Counted from the first letter of the stretch, positions 15,173 through 24,660 are shown. The stretch: DNA of 32,000 bases from Gammaproteobacteria bacterium (GCA_041685115.1 JAWLGK010000017.1:27712-59711), one strand, 5' to 3'. Made by a program: numbers and translations. Notes: generated by a model not told the origin, from the letters alone.

Positions 15173-16027
15173 TTATTCGATGTTTTGCACCTGTTCGCGC
15201 ATCTGTTCAATGAGAACCTTGAGCTCCACGGCCACGCGGGTGGTCTCCGCATCGGCCGACTTGGAACCCAGGGTGTTGGCCTCGCGGTTGAGTTCCTGCA
15301 TGAGGAAATCCAGCCGCCGGCCCACCGGCTGCATCTGCTCCAGCACACGGCGCACTTCGGCGATGTGGGTCTCCAGGCGATCCAGCTCCTCGGCCACGTC
15401 GATGCGCGTGGCGAACACGACCATCTCCTGTTCGAGCCGCTGCCCATCCAGTTCGGCCTTCACCTCGGCCAAGCGCTCCACGAGACGCTCGCGGAAACGC
15501 GCCTGCACCTCGGGGAGGCGCGCCCGCACCGTGGGCAACTGGGCGGTCATGGCGTCACAGCGCTGGCGGATGAGCTCGGCCAGCTTGGCACCCTCGCGGG
15601 CGCGGGCCTCGTTGAGTTCGCCGAGGGAGCGATCGAGCAGGGCGAGGGCGTCGGCGTGCAGACGCTCCAGATCGGGCGCCGGGGCCTGCAACACGCCGGG
15701 CCAGCGCAGGATGTCCATGGAGTTCACCGGCGCAGCGTCATAGACCAGGCCGTCGACCTCACGACTGAGCTGCGCCAGGGTGGCGGCCAGGGCGTGGTTG
15801 AGGGCGAGTTGGCCGGCGGACGCGGGCGCCGGCGTGAAACGCAGGGCGCAGTCCACCTTGCCGCGTGAAAGCGCCGCACCGATGCGCTCCCGCAGCGCAC
15901 CTTCGAGCACGCGCAGGTCGTCCGGCAGCCGCATGGAGACTTCCAGATATCGGTGATTCACCGAGCGCAGTTCGAGGGCCAGGACCCCATAGTCGCCGTG
16001 GGTCTCCTGCCGGGCAAAAGCGGTCAT
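15173..16027 (-). CDS. yicC: YicC-family stress-induced protein
   Basis: RSMTAFARQETHGDYGVLALELRSVNHRYLEVSMRLPDDLR aligns with E. coli YicC (MIRSMTAYARRE...MRSVNQRYLE). The C-terminal NREANTLGSKS motif is present. ATG 16027 is preferred; the alternative is 16069. Confidence 0.9.
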   Translation of the reverse strand: MTAFARQETHGDYGVLALELRSVNHRYLEVSMRLPDDLRVLEGALRERIGAALSRGKVDCALRFTPAPASAGQLALNHALAATLAQLSREVDGLVYDAAPVNSMDILRWPGVLQAPAPDLERLHADALALLDRSLGELNEARAREGAKLAELIRQRCDAMTAQLPTVRARLPEVQARFRERLVERLAEVKAELDGQRLEQEMVVFATRIDVAEELDRLETHIAEVRRVLEQMQPVGRRLDFLMQELNREANTLGSKSADAETTRVAVELKVLIEQMREQVQNIE

Positions 16028-16151
16028 ACTTCTCAATTTCGAGCTCTCCTGCGCGGAAAAGAGCGCCATGGTAACCGAAAACCGTCCCCCCGGGAGAAGG
16101 CCATCCGGCCCTGTGGTAGGCTACCGCGGTGGACCGGCGAACGGTCATGGC

Positions 16152-17120
16152 ATGGGCACAATGACGCAAGAAACCAAGGCGCGCGGCCTGCGCCCCGGCG
16201 CGCGTATCGATCGATACACCCTCGAACGCCAGATCGGCGGTGGCGGCTTCAGCATCGTCTATCTGGCGAACGACCCCGAGACCCGCACCCAGGTGATCGT
16301 GAAGGAGTACATGCCGCGCAAACTGGCCGTGCGCGGTGATGACGGCCGCACGGTGATCACCGTGGGCGAGGACGAAAAGTCGGTGGAACGCTTCGCCCAG
16401 GGCAAGAAGATGTTCTTCCAGGAAGCGGCCACCCTCGCCACCCTCAAGCACCCCAACATCGTCAACGTGACCAACTTCTTCCGCGCCAACGGCACGGTTT
16501 ACATGGTCATGGAGTACGCCCAGGGCATCAACCTTCAGGAATACATACGGCGTCACAACGGCAGTCTCAGCGAGAAGCTGATCCGCATCGTGTTCACGGC
16601 CCTGCTCGACGGCCTCAAGTGCATCCACTCACGTGGCCTGCTGCACCTGGACATCAAGCCCGGCAACATCTATCTGCGTAGCGGCGGCAGTCCGCTGTTG
16701 CTCGACTTCGGCGCCGTACACGAAATGATGCAGAGCCGCCAGGACCAGGCTTCACAGGTCATCACACCCGGCTTTTCTCCCATCGAACAGCTCACCCCCG
16801 GTGGTTACGTGGGGCCGTGGAGCGACATCTACGCCCTCGGCGCCACCATGCGCGCCTGCATCGAAGGCGTGGCGCCGCCGCCCTCACCCGAGCGCACCCC
16901 CGAGGACCACATGAAGCCGGCCACCGTGGCCTTCCGTCGCCGTTACTCCGCGGCGCTGTTGCGGGTCATCGACTGGGCCATGGAGGTGGACCCGTTGGCG
17001 CGCCCGCAGAACGTGGACCAATTGCTGGCCGCCCTCGCGGACGCGGAATCCGATGACCCGCCCGCGCCTGAATCCATGCTCGAACGCCTGGCCAACAGCT
17101 TCAACTGGGGCAGGAGCTGA
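16152..17120 (+). CDS. serine/threonine protein kinase (Hanks-type)
   Basis: Motifs seen: Gly-rich loop IGGGGFSIVY, VIVKEY (catalytic Lys), HLDIKPGNI, LLDFG, PGFSPIEQ. The start is ATG 16152 or 16161. Confidence 0.9.
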   Translation: MGTMTQETKARGLRPGARIDRYTLERQIGGGGFSIVYLANDPETRTQVIVKEYMPRKLAVRGDDGRTVITVGEDEKSVERFAQGKKMFFQEAATLATLKHPNIVNVTNFFRANGTVYMVMEYAQGINLQEYIRRHNGSLSEKLIRIVFTALLDGLKCIHSRGLLHLDIKPGNIYLRSGGSPLLLDFGAVHEMMQSRQDQASQVITPGFSPIEQLTPGGYVGPWSDIYALGATMRACIEGVAPPPSPERTPEDHMKPATVAFRRRYSAALLRVIDWAMEVDPLARPQNVDQLLAALADAESDDPPAPESMLERLANSFNWGRS

Positions 17121-17122
17121 TC

Positions 17123-18004
17123 ATGCAGTACGAAATCGGACAGGCCAACCGCCTCGGCACCCGCGCCTCCAACCAGGACCGTTTTGCGGCCCTGGACAGG
17201 GACGAGGCCACCGTACTGCTGGTGCTGGCCGACGGCATGGGCGGACACGCCGGCGGCGAGATGGCCGCGCAGATCCTGGTCGACACCGCCGCCGCGGCCC
17301 TGCACGCGGCCACCTTGCCCATCAGCGATACGACGGAATTCCTGGCCGGCGTGATCAGTCGCGCCCACCAGGCCATCCACGCCTATGCCAGTGAAAACGG
17401 CTTAGCGGCCTCGCCGGGCACCACCGGCGTGCTGTGCCTCATCCAGGACGGCACCGCGCAATGGGCCCACGTTGGCGACAGTCGGCTCTATCTGTTCCGC
17501 GACCAGTTGCCGCTGTACCGCACCCGCGACCATTCCTACGTGGAAAAGCTCTATCGTCGCGGTGAGATCCGTCGCAGCGACCAGTCCTTCCACCCCATGC
17601 GCAACCAGATCACCCAGTGCATCGGCTGCCTCCAGGACCTTCCCGAAGTGGAATTCGGCAAGCCGACCACCTTGGCGCCGGGCGACGTGCTGCTGCTGTG
17701 CTCCGACGGCCTGTGGGGCGCCCTCGAAGACATGCAGATCGGCGCCGGCGTAACCGCACCCGACCTGGATGCGGCGGTCAACCAGCTGGCCGAACAGGCG
17801 GAGCGCAACAGTTATCCGCATAGCGACAACATCAGCGTGCTCGCCCTGCGCTTCGTCTCGCGCACTCACTCACGGGCAGCGGCGAGCAACGAGGCACAGA
17901 ACACAGCAAAAGCGCCCCCGCGTGCACCGCGCGCGAAACTGGAGGACGCCATCGAGCAGATCGAAGAGGTCCTCAGGAAATACGAAAACGAGATGAACCG
18001 CTGA
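17123..18004 (+). CDS. PP2C-family Ser/Thr protein phosphatase
   Basis: Motifs seen: [44 protein letters not shown]. The start lies 2 nt after the kinase stop, with a GGAG SD. Confidence 0.9.
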   Translation: MQYEIGQANRLGTRASNQDRFAALDRDEATVLLVLADGMGGHAGGEMAAQILVDTAAAALHAATLPISDTTEFLAGVISRAHQAIHAYASENGLAASPGTTGVLCLIQDGTAQWAHVGDSRLYLFRDQLPLYRTRDHSYVEKLYRRGEIRRSDQSFHPMRNQITQCIGCLQDLPEVEFGKPTTLAPGDVLLLCSDGLWGALEDMQIGAGVTAPDLDAAVNQLAEQAERNSYPHSDNISVLALRFVSRTHSRAAASNEAQNTAKAPPRAPRAKLEDAIEQIEEVLRKYENEMNR

Positions 18005-18089
18005 CGGGCCCGGCAATCACTGCCCACGGCCCAGGGGCGTAGCGGCTACAATAGGCCGCTCTGAAGAAATCCCACAGGAAGGACTGCCC

Positions 18090-18809
18090 ATGCGCCCAAG
18101 TGGCCGCGCACCCGACGAGCTGCGCCCGATCCGCATCACCCGCAAGTACACCAAGCACGCCGAAGGTTCGGTGTTGGTGGAGTTCGGCGACACCAAGGTC
18201 ATCTGCACCGCCAGCGTGGACGAACGCGTGCCGGGCTTCCTCAAGGGCAAGGGCAAGGGCTGGGTGACCGCGGAATACGGCATGCTGCCGCGCGCCACCG
18301 GTTCACGCACCGCCCGTGAGGCGGCCCAGGGCAAGCAGGGCGGCCGCACCCAGGAGATCCAGCGCCTCATCGGCCGCGCACTGCGCGCCGTGGTGAACAT
18401 GGAGGCCCTCGGCGAACGCACCATCACCATCGACTGCGACGTGATCCAGGCCGACGGCGGTACGCGTACCGCGTCCATCACCGGCGGTTTCGTGGCATTG
18501 GCCGACGCCGTCCAGCACCTCGTCAACCGCAAACTCATCAAGACCCACCCGCTGCACGGCCAGGTGGCTTCCGTTTCGGTGGGCATCTACAAGGGCGTGC
18601 CCGTACTCGACCTGGACTACCCCGAGGACTGCAACGCCGAGACCGACATGAACGTGGTCATGAACGACGCCGGCGCCTTCGTGGAAGTCCAGGGCACCGC
18701 CGAAGGCCATGCCTTCCGCCGCGACGAACTGGACGCCATGCTCGCCCTGGCCGAAAAAGGCATCGCCAAACTCATCGCCCACCAGCGCGAGGCGCTGGAA
18801 AAAGCCTGA
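18090..18809 (+). CDS. rph: ribonuclease PH
   Basis: [42 protein letters not shown]...[16 protein letters not shown]...[18 protein letters not shown] matches RNase PH over its full length. Confidence 0.97.
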   Translation: MRPSGRAPDELRPIRITRKYTKHAEGSVLVEFGDTKVICTASVDERVPGFLKGKGKGWVTAEYGMLPRATGSRTAREAAQGKQGGRTQEIQRLIGRALRAVVNMEALGERTITIDCDVIQADGGTRTASITGGFVALADAVQHLVNRKLIKTHPLHGQVASVSVGIYKGVPVLDLDYPEDCNAETDMNVVMNDAGAFVEVQGTAEGHAFRRDELDAMLALAEKGIAKLIAHQREALEKA

Positions 18810-19014
18810 ACACGGGGGACACGGGGGACACGGGGAATACGGGGAATACGGGGAATACGGGGAATACGGGGAGAAGATTTCAGGTGGGTGTGGGAGCGAG
18901 CTTCCGCACGCGATACCTGGCCTGACCCAAGGCTGTCGCGAGCAGAAGCTCGCTCCCACATGCACCCGAAACATATTTCTCTTCTCCCCCCGTGTTCCCC
19001 GTGTCCCCCGTGTT
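18809..19014. repeat. MITE/REP-like palindromic element, copy 1 (18-bp TIR AACACGGGGGACACGGGG)
   Basis: Left TIR is 18809..18826 and the perfect reverse complement is at 18997..19014. The left arm is expanded into 7 tandem 9-mers, ACGGGG(G/A)A(C/T/A), at 18812..18874. An inner 15-bp inverted repeat GTGGGAGCGAGCTTC (18890..18904) pairs with 18945..18959. Confidence 0.85.
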
Positions 19015-19032
19015 AACTCTTGGATCATTCAA

Positions 19033-19629
19033 ATGAAAAAATTCGTGCTGGCGAGCGGTAACAAGGGCAAGGTGCGGGAGTTCAACGAGATCCTCGCGGA
19101 CCTGGATATCGAGGTGGTGCCGCAGAGCGAGTTCGGCGTGCCCGAGGCGGAGGAGACGGGCCTCACCTTCGTCGAAAACGCCATCCTCAAGGCGCGCAAT
19201 GCGGCGCAGCACACCGGGCTGCCCGCCATCGCCGACGACTCGGGCATCGAGGTGGATTTCCTCAAGGGCGCGCCCGGCATCTACTCGGCGCGCTACGCCG
19301 GCGTGGGCGCCGGCGACGAGGCCAACCTGCAGAAACTGCTGCGCGACATGGACGGCGTGCCCGAGGCCGAACGCGCCGCCCGCTTCCAGTGTCTCATCGT
19401 GTGCATGCGCCACGCCCTCGACCCCGTGCCGCTCATCTGCCAGGGCACCTGGGAAGGTCGCCTGGCCACCGCACCGAGCGGCGAGAACGGCTTCGGCTAC
19501 GACCCCATCTTCCACGTGCCCGAATACCACTGCATGTCCGCCGAACTGCCGCGCGAAGTCAAGAACCAACTCTCCCACCGCGGCCAGGCCCTTAGGCAGT
19601 TGGTCGCAGCGCTGAAGGCAAAAAGCTGA
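19033..19629 (+). CDS. rdgB: dITP/XTP pyrophosphatase (non-canonical NTP house-cleaning enzyme)
   Basis: [17 protein letters not shown]...[11 protein letters not shown]...[25 protein letters not shown]...GFGYDPIF...[10 protein letters not shown] is the RdgB/HAM1 pattern. The start is ATG 19033, not the track start at 18709, which reads through the repeat. Confidence 0.95.
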   Translation: MKKFVLASGNKGKVREFNEILADLDIEVVPQSEFGVPEAEETGLTFVENAILKARNAAQHTGLPAIADDSGIEVDFLKGAPGIYSARYAGVGAGDEANLQKLLRDMDGVPEAERAARFQCLIVCMRHALDPVPLICQGTWEGRLATAPSGENGFGYDPIFHVPEYHCMSAELPREVKNQLSHRGQALRQLVAALKAKS

Positions 19630-19755
19630 AACACGGGGGACACGGGGAACACGGGGCGAAGAAAACCTTTTCGATTGAAAAGCCTCGTCGAACATCGAAC
19701 TGCCCGCGATATTTTCGCCCATTCATAGAAGCCTTTTCCCCGTGTCCCCCGTGTT
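19630..19755. repeat. MITE/REP-like palindromic element, copy 2 (same 18-bp TIR)
   Basis: AACACGGGGGACACGGGG lies at 19630..19647 and its exact reverse complement at 19738..19755. The interior differs from copy 1. Confidence 0.85.
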
Positions 19756-20935
19756 AAACGTTTTTTCTTTCAATGCTCTCCCACCGCTGAGCCTGTACGT
19801 GCACGTGCCGTGGTGCGTGCGCAAGTGTCCCTATTGCGATTTCAACTCGCACGAGGCCGGTGACGGCATTCCCGAGGCGGCGTACGTGGAGGCCTTGATC
19901 GCCGACCTGGAGCAGGAACTGCCGGCGGTGTCGGGCCGCTCCGTGGTCAGCGTGTTCATCGGCGGCGGCACGCCCAGCCTGCTTTCGGGCGAGGCGCTCG
20001 ACCGCCTGCTCAGCGCCGTGCGCGCGCGGGTGAAACTGCTGCCCGAGGCGGAGATCACCCTGGAGGCCAATCCGGGCACGGTGGAACAGGGGCGCTTCCG
20101 CGAGTACCGCGCGGCGGGGGTGAACCGGCTGTCCATCGGCGTGCAGAGCTTCGCGGACGATATGCTCGCGCGCATCGGCCGCATCCATGGCGGCGCCGAC
20201 GCGGTGCGCGCGGCGGAAACGGCGCACGCCGCGGGCTTCGACAACTTCAATCTCGATCTCATGTTCGGCCTGCCGGGGCAGGACGTGGACGGCGCCCTGG
20301 CGGACCTGCGCCAGGCCATCGCGCTTGGTCCCACGCACCTGTCCTGGTATCAGCTCACCCTGGAACCCAACACCGCCTTCCATCACACCCCGCCGGTGCT
20401 GCCGGACGACGACCTGCGTTATGACATGCAGGTGCGCGGGCAGGCCTTGCTGGCCGAGGCGGGCTTCATGAACTATGAGGTCTCGGCCTACGCCCGCGAC
20501 GGTTTCCGCTGCCGCCACAACCTGAACTACTGGCAGTTCGGCGATTACCTGGGCATCGGCGCAGGCGCGCACCAGAAGCTGACACTACCGCAACCGGCAT
20601 GCATCGAACGCACGGCCAAGCGGCGCCACCCGCGCGACTATCTCGCGGGTGCAGGCGGCGCCGAGCGCATCGCGAGCCATGTCGCGCTCACGCGCGAAGA
20701 CACCGCGTTCGAGTTCGTCATGAACGCCCTGCGCCTCAACGAGGGCTTCGCGACGCGCCTGTTCGAGGAACGCACCGGCCTGCCGCTGAAGATCATTGAA
20801 TCACCGCTGCGCGAGGCGGAAGCGCGCGGCCTGGCAAGTTGGGATGTGCGGCACGTGCGGCCGACGGAATTGGGCAGGTCGCACCTGAACACGCTGCTGG
20901 AACTCTTCCTCCCGGCGCAGCCCGGGTCGATGTAG
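19742..20935 (+). CDS. hemW: radical SAM heme chaperone HemW (HemN-like)
   Basis: LSLYVHVPWCVRKCPYCDFNS contains the CxxxCxxC radical-SAM motif. The remainder, with GGGTPS and the rph-rdgB-hemW synteny, is HemW-like. The only in-frame starts upstream of the conserved N-terminus are GTG 19742 and GTG 19751, and both lie inside the repeat's right TIR. Confidence 0.9.
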   Translation: MSPVLNVFSFNALPPLSLYVHVPWCVRKCPYCDFNSHEAGDGIPEAAYVEALIADLEQELPAVSGRSVVSVFIGGGTPSLLSGEALDRLLSAVRARVKLLPEAEITLEANPGTVEQGRFREYRAAGVNRLSIGVQSFADDMLARIGRIHGGADAVRAAETAHAAGFDNFNLDLMFGLPGQDVDGALADLRQAIALGPTHLSWYQLTLEPNTAFHHTPPVLPDDDLRYDMQVRGQALLAEAGFMNYEVSAYARDGFRCRHNLNYWQFGDYLGIGAGAHQKLTLPQPACIERTAKRRHPRDYLAGAGGAERIASHVALTREDTAFEFVMNALRLNEGFATRLFEERTGLPLKIIESPLREAEARGLASWDVRHVRPTELGRSHLNTLLELFLPAQPGSM

Positions 20936-21009
20936 CCCGTATGAAGCGGAGCGGAATCCGGGACGCAGTGGTATGAGCCCCGGATTCCGCTCCGCTTCAT
21001 ACGGGCTAC
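20932..21009. repeat. 31-bp perfect inverted repeat (REP-like hairpin / possible terminator) overlapping the hemW stop
   Basis: GTAGCCCGTATGAAGCGGAGCGGAATCCGGG (20932..20962) pairs with its exact reverse complement (20979..21009) across a 16-nt loop. No U-tract follows. Confidence 0.85.
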
Positions 21010-21018
21010 GGTTGAGTT

Positions 21019-21210
21019 ATGTTCACCGAGCCCATCGAAGTGCAGTGCCCCTATTGCGGTTCCTGGTTCGAAACCGGGGTGGATACTTCCGCCGGCGACC
21101 AGGACTACGTGGAGGACTGCGCGGTGTGCTGCCAGCCCATCCGCTTCGTCATCCGCCTCGGCCCGGACGGCTGCGTGCAGTCCGTAACCACCACACGTGA
21201 AAATGACTGA
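21019..21210 (+). CDS. CPXCG-motif cysteine-rich (zinc-ribbon) protein
   Basis: 63 aa. CPYCG is followed later by CAVCC, giving four-Cys zinc-ribbon spacing, as in the small CPXCG protein family. Confidence 0.75.
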   Translation: MFTEPIEVQCPYCGSWFETGVDTSAGDQDYVEDCAVCCQPIRFVIRLGPDGCVQSVTTTREND

Positions 21211-21445
21211 CGACTACCGCCCCATCTCCTGCGAACGCCATTCCGAATACGAGCTGGCCATCCTGCGCCGCACGCGCCTTGCCCTGCGCTGGCGCGATGG
21301 CGACGGCACCGCGCACGAGGCGCACGTGCTGCCGGTCGATACCGAGGCCACCGCCGGCAAGGAAGAGTTTCTCATCGTGCAGCGGGACGACGGCCGCCGC
21401 GAGCGCATCCGCCTCGACCGCATCCTCGCCGCCGAACCGGCGTAA
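21203..21445 (+). CDS. rof: Rof-like Rho-binding antiterminator family protein
   Basis: MTDDYRPISCERHSEYELAILRRTRLALRWRDGDG...EEFLIVQRDDGRRERIRLDRI parallels E. coli Rof (YQPINCDDYDNLELAC...VEYLVVEAAGETRELRLDKI). ATG 21203 overlaps the upstream gene by 8 nt. The alternative start is GTG 21197. Confidence 0.7.
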   Translation: MTDDYRPISCERHSEYELAILRRTRLALRWRDGDGTAHEAHVLPVDTEATAGKEEFLIVQRDDGRRERIRLDRILAAEPA

Positions 21446-21472
21446 AATGGCGTCTTTGCCGGAACCGCAGCC

Positions 21473-21685
21473 ATGTCCGCAAACCTGTTCCTTGCCCTGC
21501 TGGTCAACACCGGCGTCGGCGCCTATCTCGCTTGGGGTTATCCGCGCGCCGTGGCCCACAGCTTCCGCGGCCGCGCCCTGCCGCCGGCGTTCGCCTGGCT
21601 GGTACGCGTGCTGCCACCCTTCGGCAAAGTGCTCATGGCCGCCTCCGTGATCTACGGTCTGCTGGTGAGCGCCGGAACCCTGTGA
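21473..21685 (+). CDS. small membrane protein (70 aa, two predicted TM helices)
   Basis: Two hydrophobic stretches: LFLALLVNTGVGAYLAWGY and VLMAASVIYGLLVSAG. The stop overlaps the next GTG start. Confidence 0.5.
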   Translation: MSANLFLALLVNTGVGAYLAWGYPRAVAHSFRGRALPPAFAWLVRVLPPFGKVLMAASVIYGLLVSAGTL

Positions 21686-22599
21686 AGCCCGGCAGGCTGC
21701 GCCTCGGCATCGACCTGGGCGGCACCAAGATCGAGATCATCGCCCTCGATGAGCAGGGCCACGTCCTTGCTCGCCACCGCATCGCCACTCCGCGGGAAGA
21801 CTACACCGGCACGGTGAATGCGATTGTCTCGCTGGTAAATGCCGTGGAATCCGAACTGGGCCGACGCGGCTCCGTGGGCGTCGGCATCCCTGGCGCCATC
21901 TCCCCCGCCACCGCCCTGGTGAAGAACGCCAACTCCACCTGGCTCATCGGCAAGCCGCTGGATCGCGACCTGGCCGCGGCCCTGGACCGTCCCGTGCGGC
22001 TCGCCAACGACGCCAACTGTTTCGCCGTGTCGGAGGCCAGCGATGGCGCGGCGCGGGGCGCGGAGGTGGTGTTCGGCGTCATCGTCGGCACCGGCACCGG
22101 CGGCGGCGTGGTGGTAAACGGCCGGCCGCTGCACGGCGCCAACGCCATCGCCGGCGAGTGGGGGCACAACCCGCTGCCGTGGCCGCGCGCCGATGAACTG
22201 CCGGGCAACGCCTGCTATTGCGGCCATCACGGCTGTATCGAGACCTGGCTGTCGGGCCCGGGCTTCGAGCGCGACTTCGCTGCGGTTACAGGCCGACGCC
22301 TGGGCGCCGCGGCCATCGTGCAGGCCGCTGAAAGCGGCGAAGCCGCCGCCGAGGCGACGCTGGCGCGCTACGAAGACCGCATGGCGCGCGCCCTCGCCTC
22401 GGTCATCAATCTGCTCGACCCGGACGTCATCGTCCTGGGCGGCGGGATGTCCAACATCGCGCGCCTGTACCGGAACGTGCCCCGGCTCTGGACGCAGTAT
22501 GTGTTCTCCGATCGCGTCGACACCCGTTTGCTGCCCCCGGCGCACGGCGATGCGAGCGGCGTGCGCGGCGCGGCCTGGTTATGGCCAGCCGGCGCATGA
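21682..22599 (+). CDS. ROK-family sugar kinase (N-acetylglucosamine kinase / fructokinase type)
   Basis: GTG 21682. Motifs seen: LGIDLGGTKIE, ANDANCFAVSEA, GTGTGGG, GEWGHN...CYCGHHGCIETWLSGPG (ROK zinc motif). Confidence 0.85.
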   Translation: MKPGRLRLGIDLGGTKIEIIALDEQGHVLARHRIATPREDYTGTVNAIVSLVNAVESELGRRGSVGVGIPGAISPATALVKNANSTWLIGKPLDRDLAAALDRPVRLANDANCFAVSEASDGAARGAEVVFGVIVGTGTGGGVVVNGRPLHGANAIAGEWGHNPLPWPRADELPGNACYCGHHGCIETWLSGPGFERDFAAVTGRRLGAAAIVQAAESGEAAAEATLARYEDRMARALASVINLLDPDVIVLGGGMSNIARLYRNVPRLWTQYVFSDRVDTRLLPPAHGDASGVRGAAWLWPAGA

Positions 22600-22674
22600 A
22601 GCGCTACATTCATAACGTTTTATTGATATTCGCGGCGCCGCCGCGATGCTCGAGAGGGATTTTCGGGAGAGCCC

Positions 22675-24615
22675 ATGAATCAGCGACTGGACCTGAGCGT
22701 CCACACGCTGGCAAAACCCCATGCCAGCGCCTTCGATACCCGGCCGCGCGCCGTACGGCGCTGGGTGGCGGAACTGCCCCCGGCCAACCTCGACGAAATG
22801 GCGCAGCGGCTGTGGCACGCCCTTGCCGAAGTCAACCACCTGGCCATCTCACCATCCCGACGCCTGCACCTCCTGGAGGCCTTCGGGCCCAAGGCGGTGC
22901 TCGCCCTCGGCCACCTGCGCCGCCAGTACGCCAATCAGCCCCTGCCGCTCGGGAGCGCTGCCGAACGTGCCGCACGGCAGGCCACCGATCTGCTGCGCGA
23001 ACTCATGCGCGGCTACCGCACCGTGTTGCGGCAGGTCGCCCCCGACAAGGCCATCACCCGCTGGCGGCGGCTGTGGTTCGGGCATGCCCTGCACGCGGCC
23101 CTGCACCGCTTCATCCACTACGGCGGGCACCTGCTCACGGTGTTCCAGGCCATTCACCGCGATGCGCCGCCGGGCCTTTGGAAACGAGTGAATCGCTTCT
23201 ACTACCTGGCCGAGGCCAACGGCTATGCCAAGGCCCGCCTGCCGTTGCCAGGGGAGTCCCGGCAGCGCACCACCCCCGGCGAGGAGTATCGAAGGCTGTT
23301 GCTGTCGGCGCTGTTGCCCGCCGATGGACTCAGCCCGGCGCAATATGGCGAGCTTGCCGCCAGCCTGGCCGAGTGGGTGCGACTGACACGCCTCACCCGC
23401 CCGCCGTTCCGGCCGGGCGAACAGCGCCACGTGGTGCGACTCTCGCGCGACAGCGGACCGCTCGGCATCAGCGGCATCGACGAGGCGGTGCGCACCAGCC
23501 CGAACAGCCGCGGGCTGCGCTTGGTCGAGCTGGAAAAGGTGCTGAAAAAACGCCTCGCGCGCGGCGGACGCGGCCGGTTCTGGCGCCGCGAGTCGCCGCT
23601 GTCACCCGAGACGCTGCGCTTCCTGGCCGACAACTGGTGCAGCGAGCATCAGAGGACGGAACGGCGCCATGCCGACGGCGGTGCGGCTGAGGTCATCGTC
23701 GGCCTGGCGGCGCTCAATCATCTGCTCGGTGGCCAGGAAGCGCCCGCCGAGAGCGCGACGGCGGCCCCGGCCAAGCGCGAGATCGGGCTCGCACCGGAGC
23801 CTGATCACCACGGCCATCTGGTCGGCTCAAGGGCCCCCAAGATCGACGTGTGGCAAAGCGTGTACATCGACCCCGCGCAGGTGAAACCGGCAGTGGCGCC
23901 GGTGCACGATTGGCGCCAGGAGAGCAAGGCGGACGCGACCTACCGCCGCGTCGCGGGACACCTGCTCGACAGCAGCAGCCACGGCTGCGGTGTGCGTGTG
24001 GCGCGCGATGAGGTGCCGCACGTGGCGGCAGGCATGCTGATCGCGGTGCAAAATGGCGGCGAAGACGTATGGCAGGTGGGCGTGGTGGCGCGGCTCACGT
24101 CGCAAGGCACGGACTTGGAACTCGGCGTGCGCCTGTTGGGCAAGGCGCCCGTGGCGGCCGCCCTGCATACACGCTCCCCACGCGGCGAAAGCCGCTTCCC
24201 GGCGGTGCTGATACGCGACGAACAGGGGCGCCGCCTACTCATCGGCCCGGCCGTGCCGGCGGTACGAGAGGGTGAACTGGCCGTGGAACTGGGCGGCCCG
24301 CGCATCGCGCTGAAGCGCCTGGGCAAGGGCGCCCACTCACCGCACGTGGCGGTCTTCGCCGTCGCCGCCGCGCAGGCCGACGAGGAGGCATTGCTGGAGC
24401 AGCATCCGGAGGCCGCCACGGTCGAACCGCCGCGCCCCCCGCCGGCGGAGGAGCCGGTCGTCGCACGCCCTTCCTGCGAGGTCCCGCCGACCGCACGGGT
24501 CGAACAGCTCATGACGGCCACCGGTATGACGCGCGAGGACGCAGAGTTCTTTCTCGCCGCGGAGGCCGCGCACGATCAAGACACGCCCCCACGACTCAAG
24601 GCCGGCGATCGCTAA
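22675..24615 (+). CDS. large conserved-looking hypothetical protein (646 aa) with possible C-terminal PilZ-like domain
   Basis: Clean ORF. The C-terminal third contains GHLLDSSSHGCGVRV, which matches the PilZ DxSxxG motif, then ...WQVGVVARL. No clear RxxxR lies upstream. The N-terminal roughly 300 aa is helical, and the tail is Pro/Ala/Glu-rich. Confidence 0.6.
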   Translation: MNQRLDLSVHTLAKPHASAFDTRPRAVRRWVAELPPANLDEMAQRLWHALAEVNHLAISPSRRLHLLEAFGPKAVLALGHLRRQYANQPLPLGSAAERAARQATDLLRELMRGYRTVLRQVAPDKAITRWRRLWFGHALHAALHRFIHYGGHLLTVFQAIHRDAPPGLWKRVNRFYYLAEANGYAKARLPLPGESRQRTTPGEEYRRLLLSALLPADGLSPAQYGELAASLAEWVRLTRLTRPPFRPGEQRHVVRLSRDSGPLGISGIDEAVRTSPNSRGLRLVELEKVLKKRLARGGRGRFWRRESPLSPETLRFLADNWCSEHQRTERRHADGGAAEVIVGLAALNHLLGGQEAPAESATAAPAKREIGLAPEPDHHGHLVGSRAPKIDVWQSVYIDPAQVKPAVAPVHDWRQESKADATYRRVAGHLLDSSSHGCGVRVARDEVPHVAAGMLIAVQNGGEDVWQVGVVARLTSQGTDLELGVRLLGKAPVAAALHTRSPRGESRFPAVLIRDEQGRRLLIGPAVPAVREGELAVELGGPRIALKRLGKGAHSPHVAVFAVAAAQADEEALLEQHPEAATVEPPRPPPAEEPVVARPSCEVPPTARVEQLMTATGMTREDAEFFLAAEAAHDQDTPPRLKAGDR

Positions 24616-24660
24616 GGACGTCAGTCTTTGCTGGCCGACAGCCGCCCCGCCGCGGCAGCC

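Noticed and set aside
15155-16628. ORFs 15155..15868 (+), 15165..15743 (+) and 15759..16628 (-)
   Set aside because: They are antisense or alternative frames of yicC and the kinase gene. Both of those have strong family motifs in the chosen frames.
18812-18874. Tandem repeat array considered as a CRISPR
   Set aside because: The units are 9 bp, directly abutting with no spacers, and form one arm of an inverted repeat. There are no cas genes. It is a microsatellite within a MITE-like element.
18709-19032. N-terminal extension of the rdgB ORF ([19 protein letters not shown]...) and minus ORFs 18303..19028 and 18617..18961 ([18 protein letters not shown])
   Set aside because: These are translations of the tandem 9-bp repeat and the palindromic element. 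The first part also overlaps the rph 3' end out of frame. rdgB begins at ATG 19033, matching the family N-terminus [10 protein letters not shown].
22581-23690. 369-aa plus-strand ORF overlapping the 646-aa gene in another frame
   Set aside because: It is extremely Arg/Pro/Ala-rich and lacks an SD. The 22675 frame has balanced composition and continues for 646 codons.
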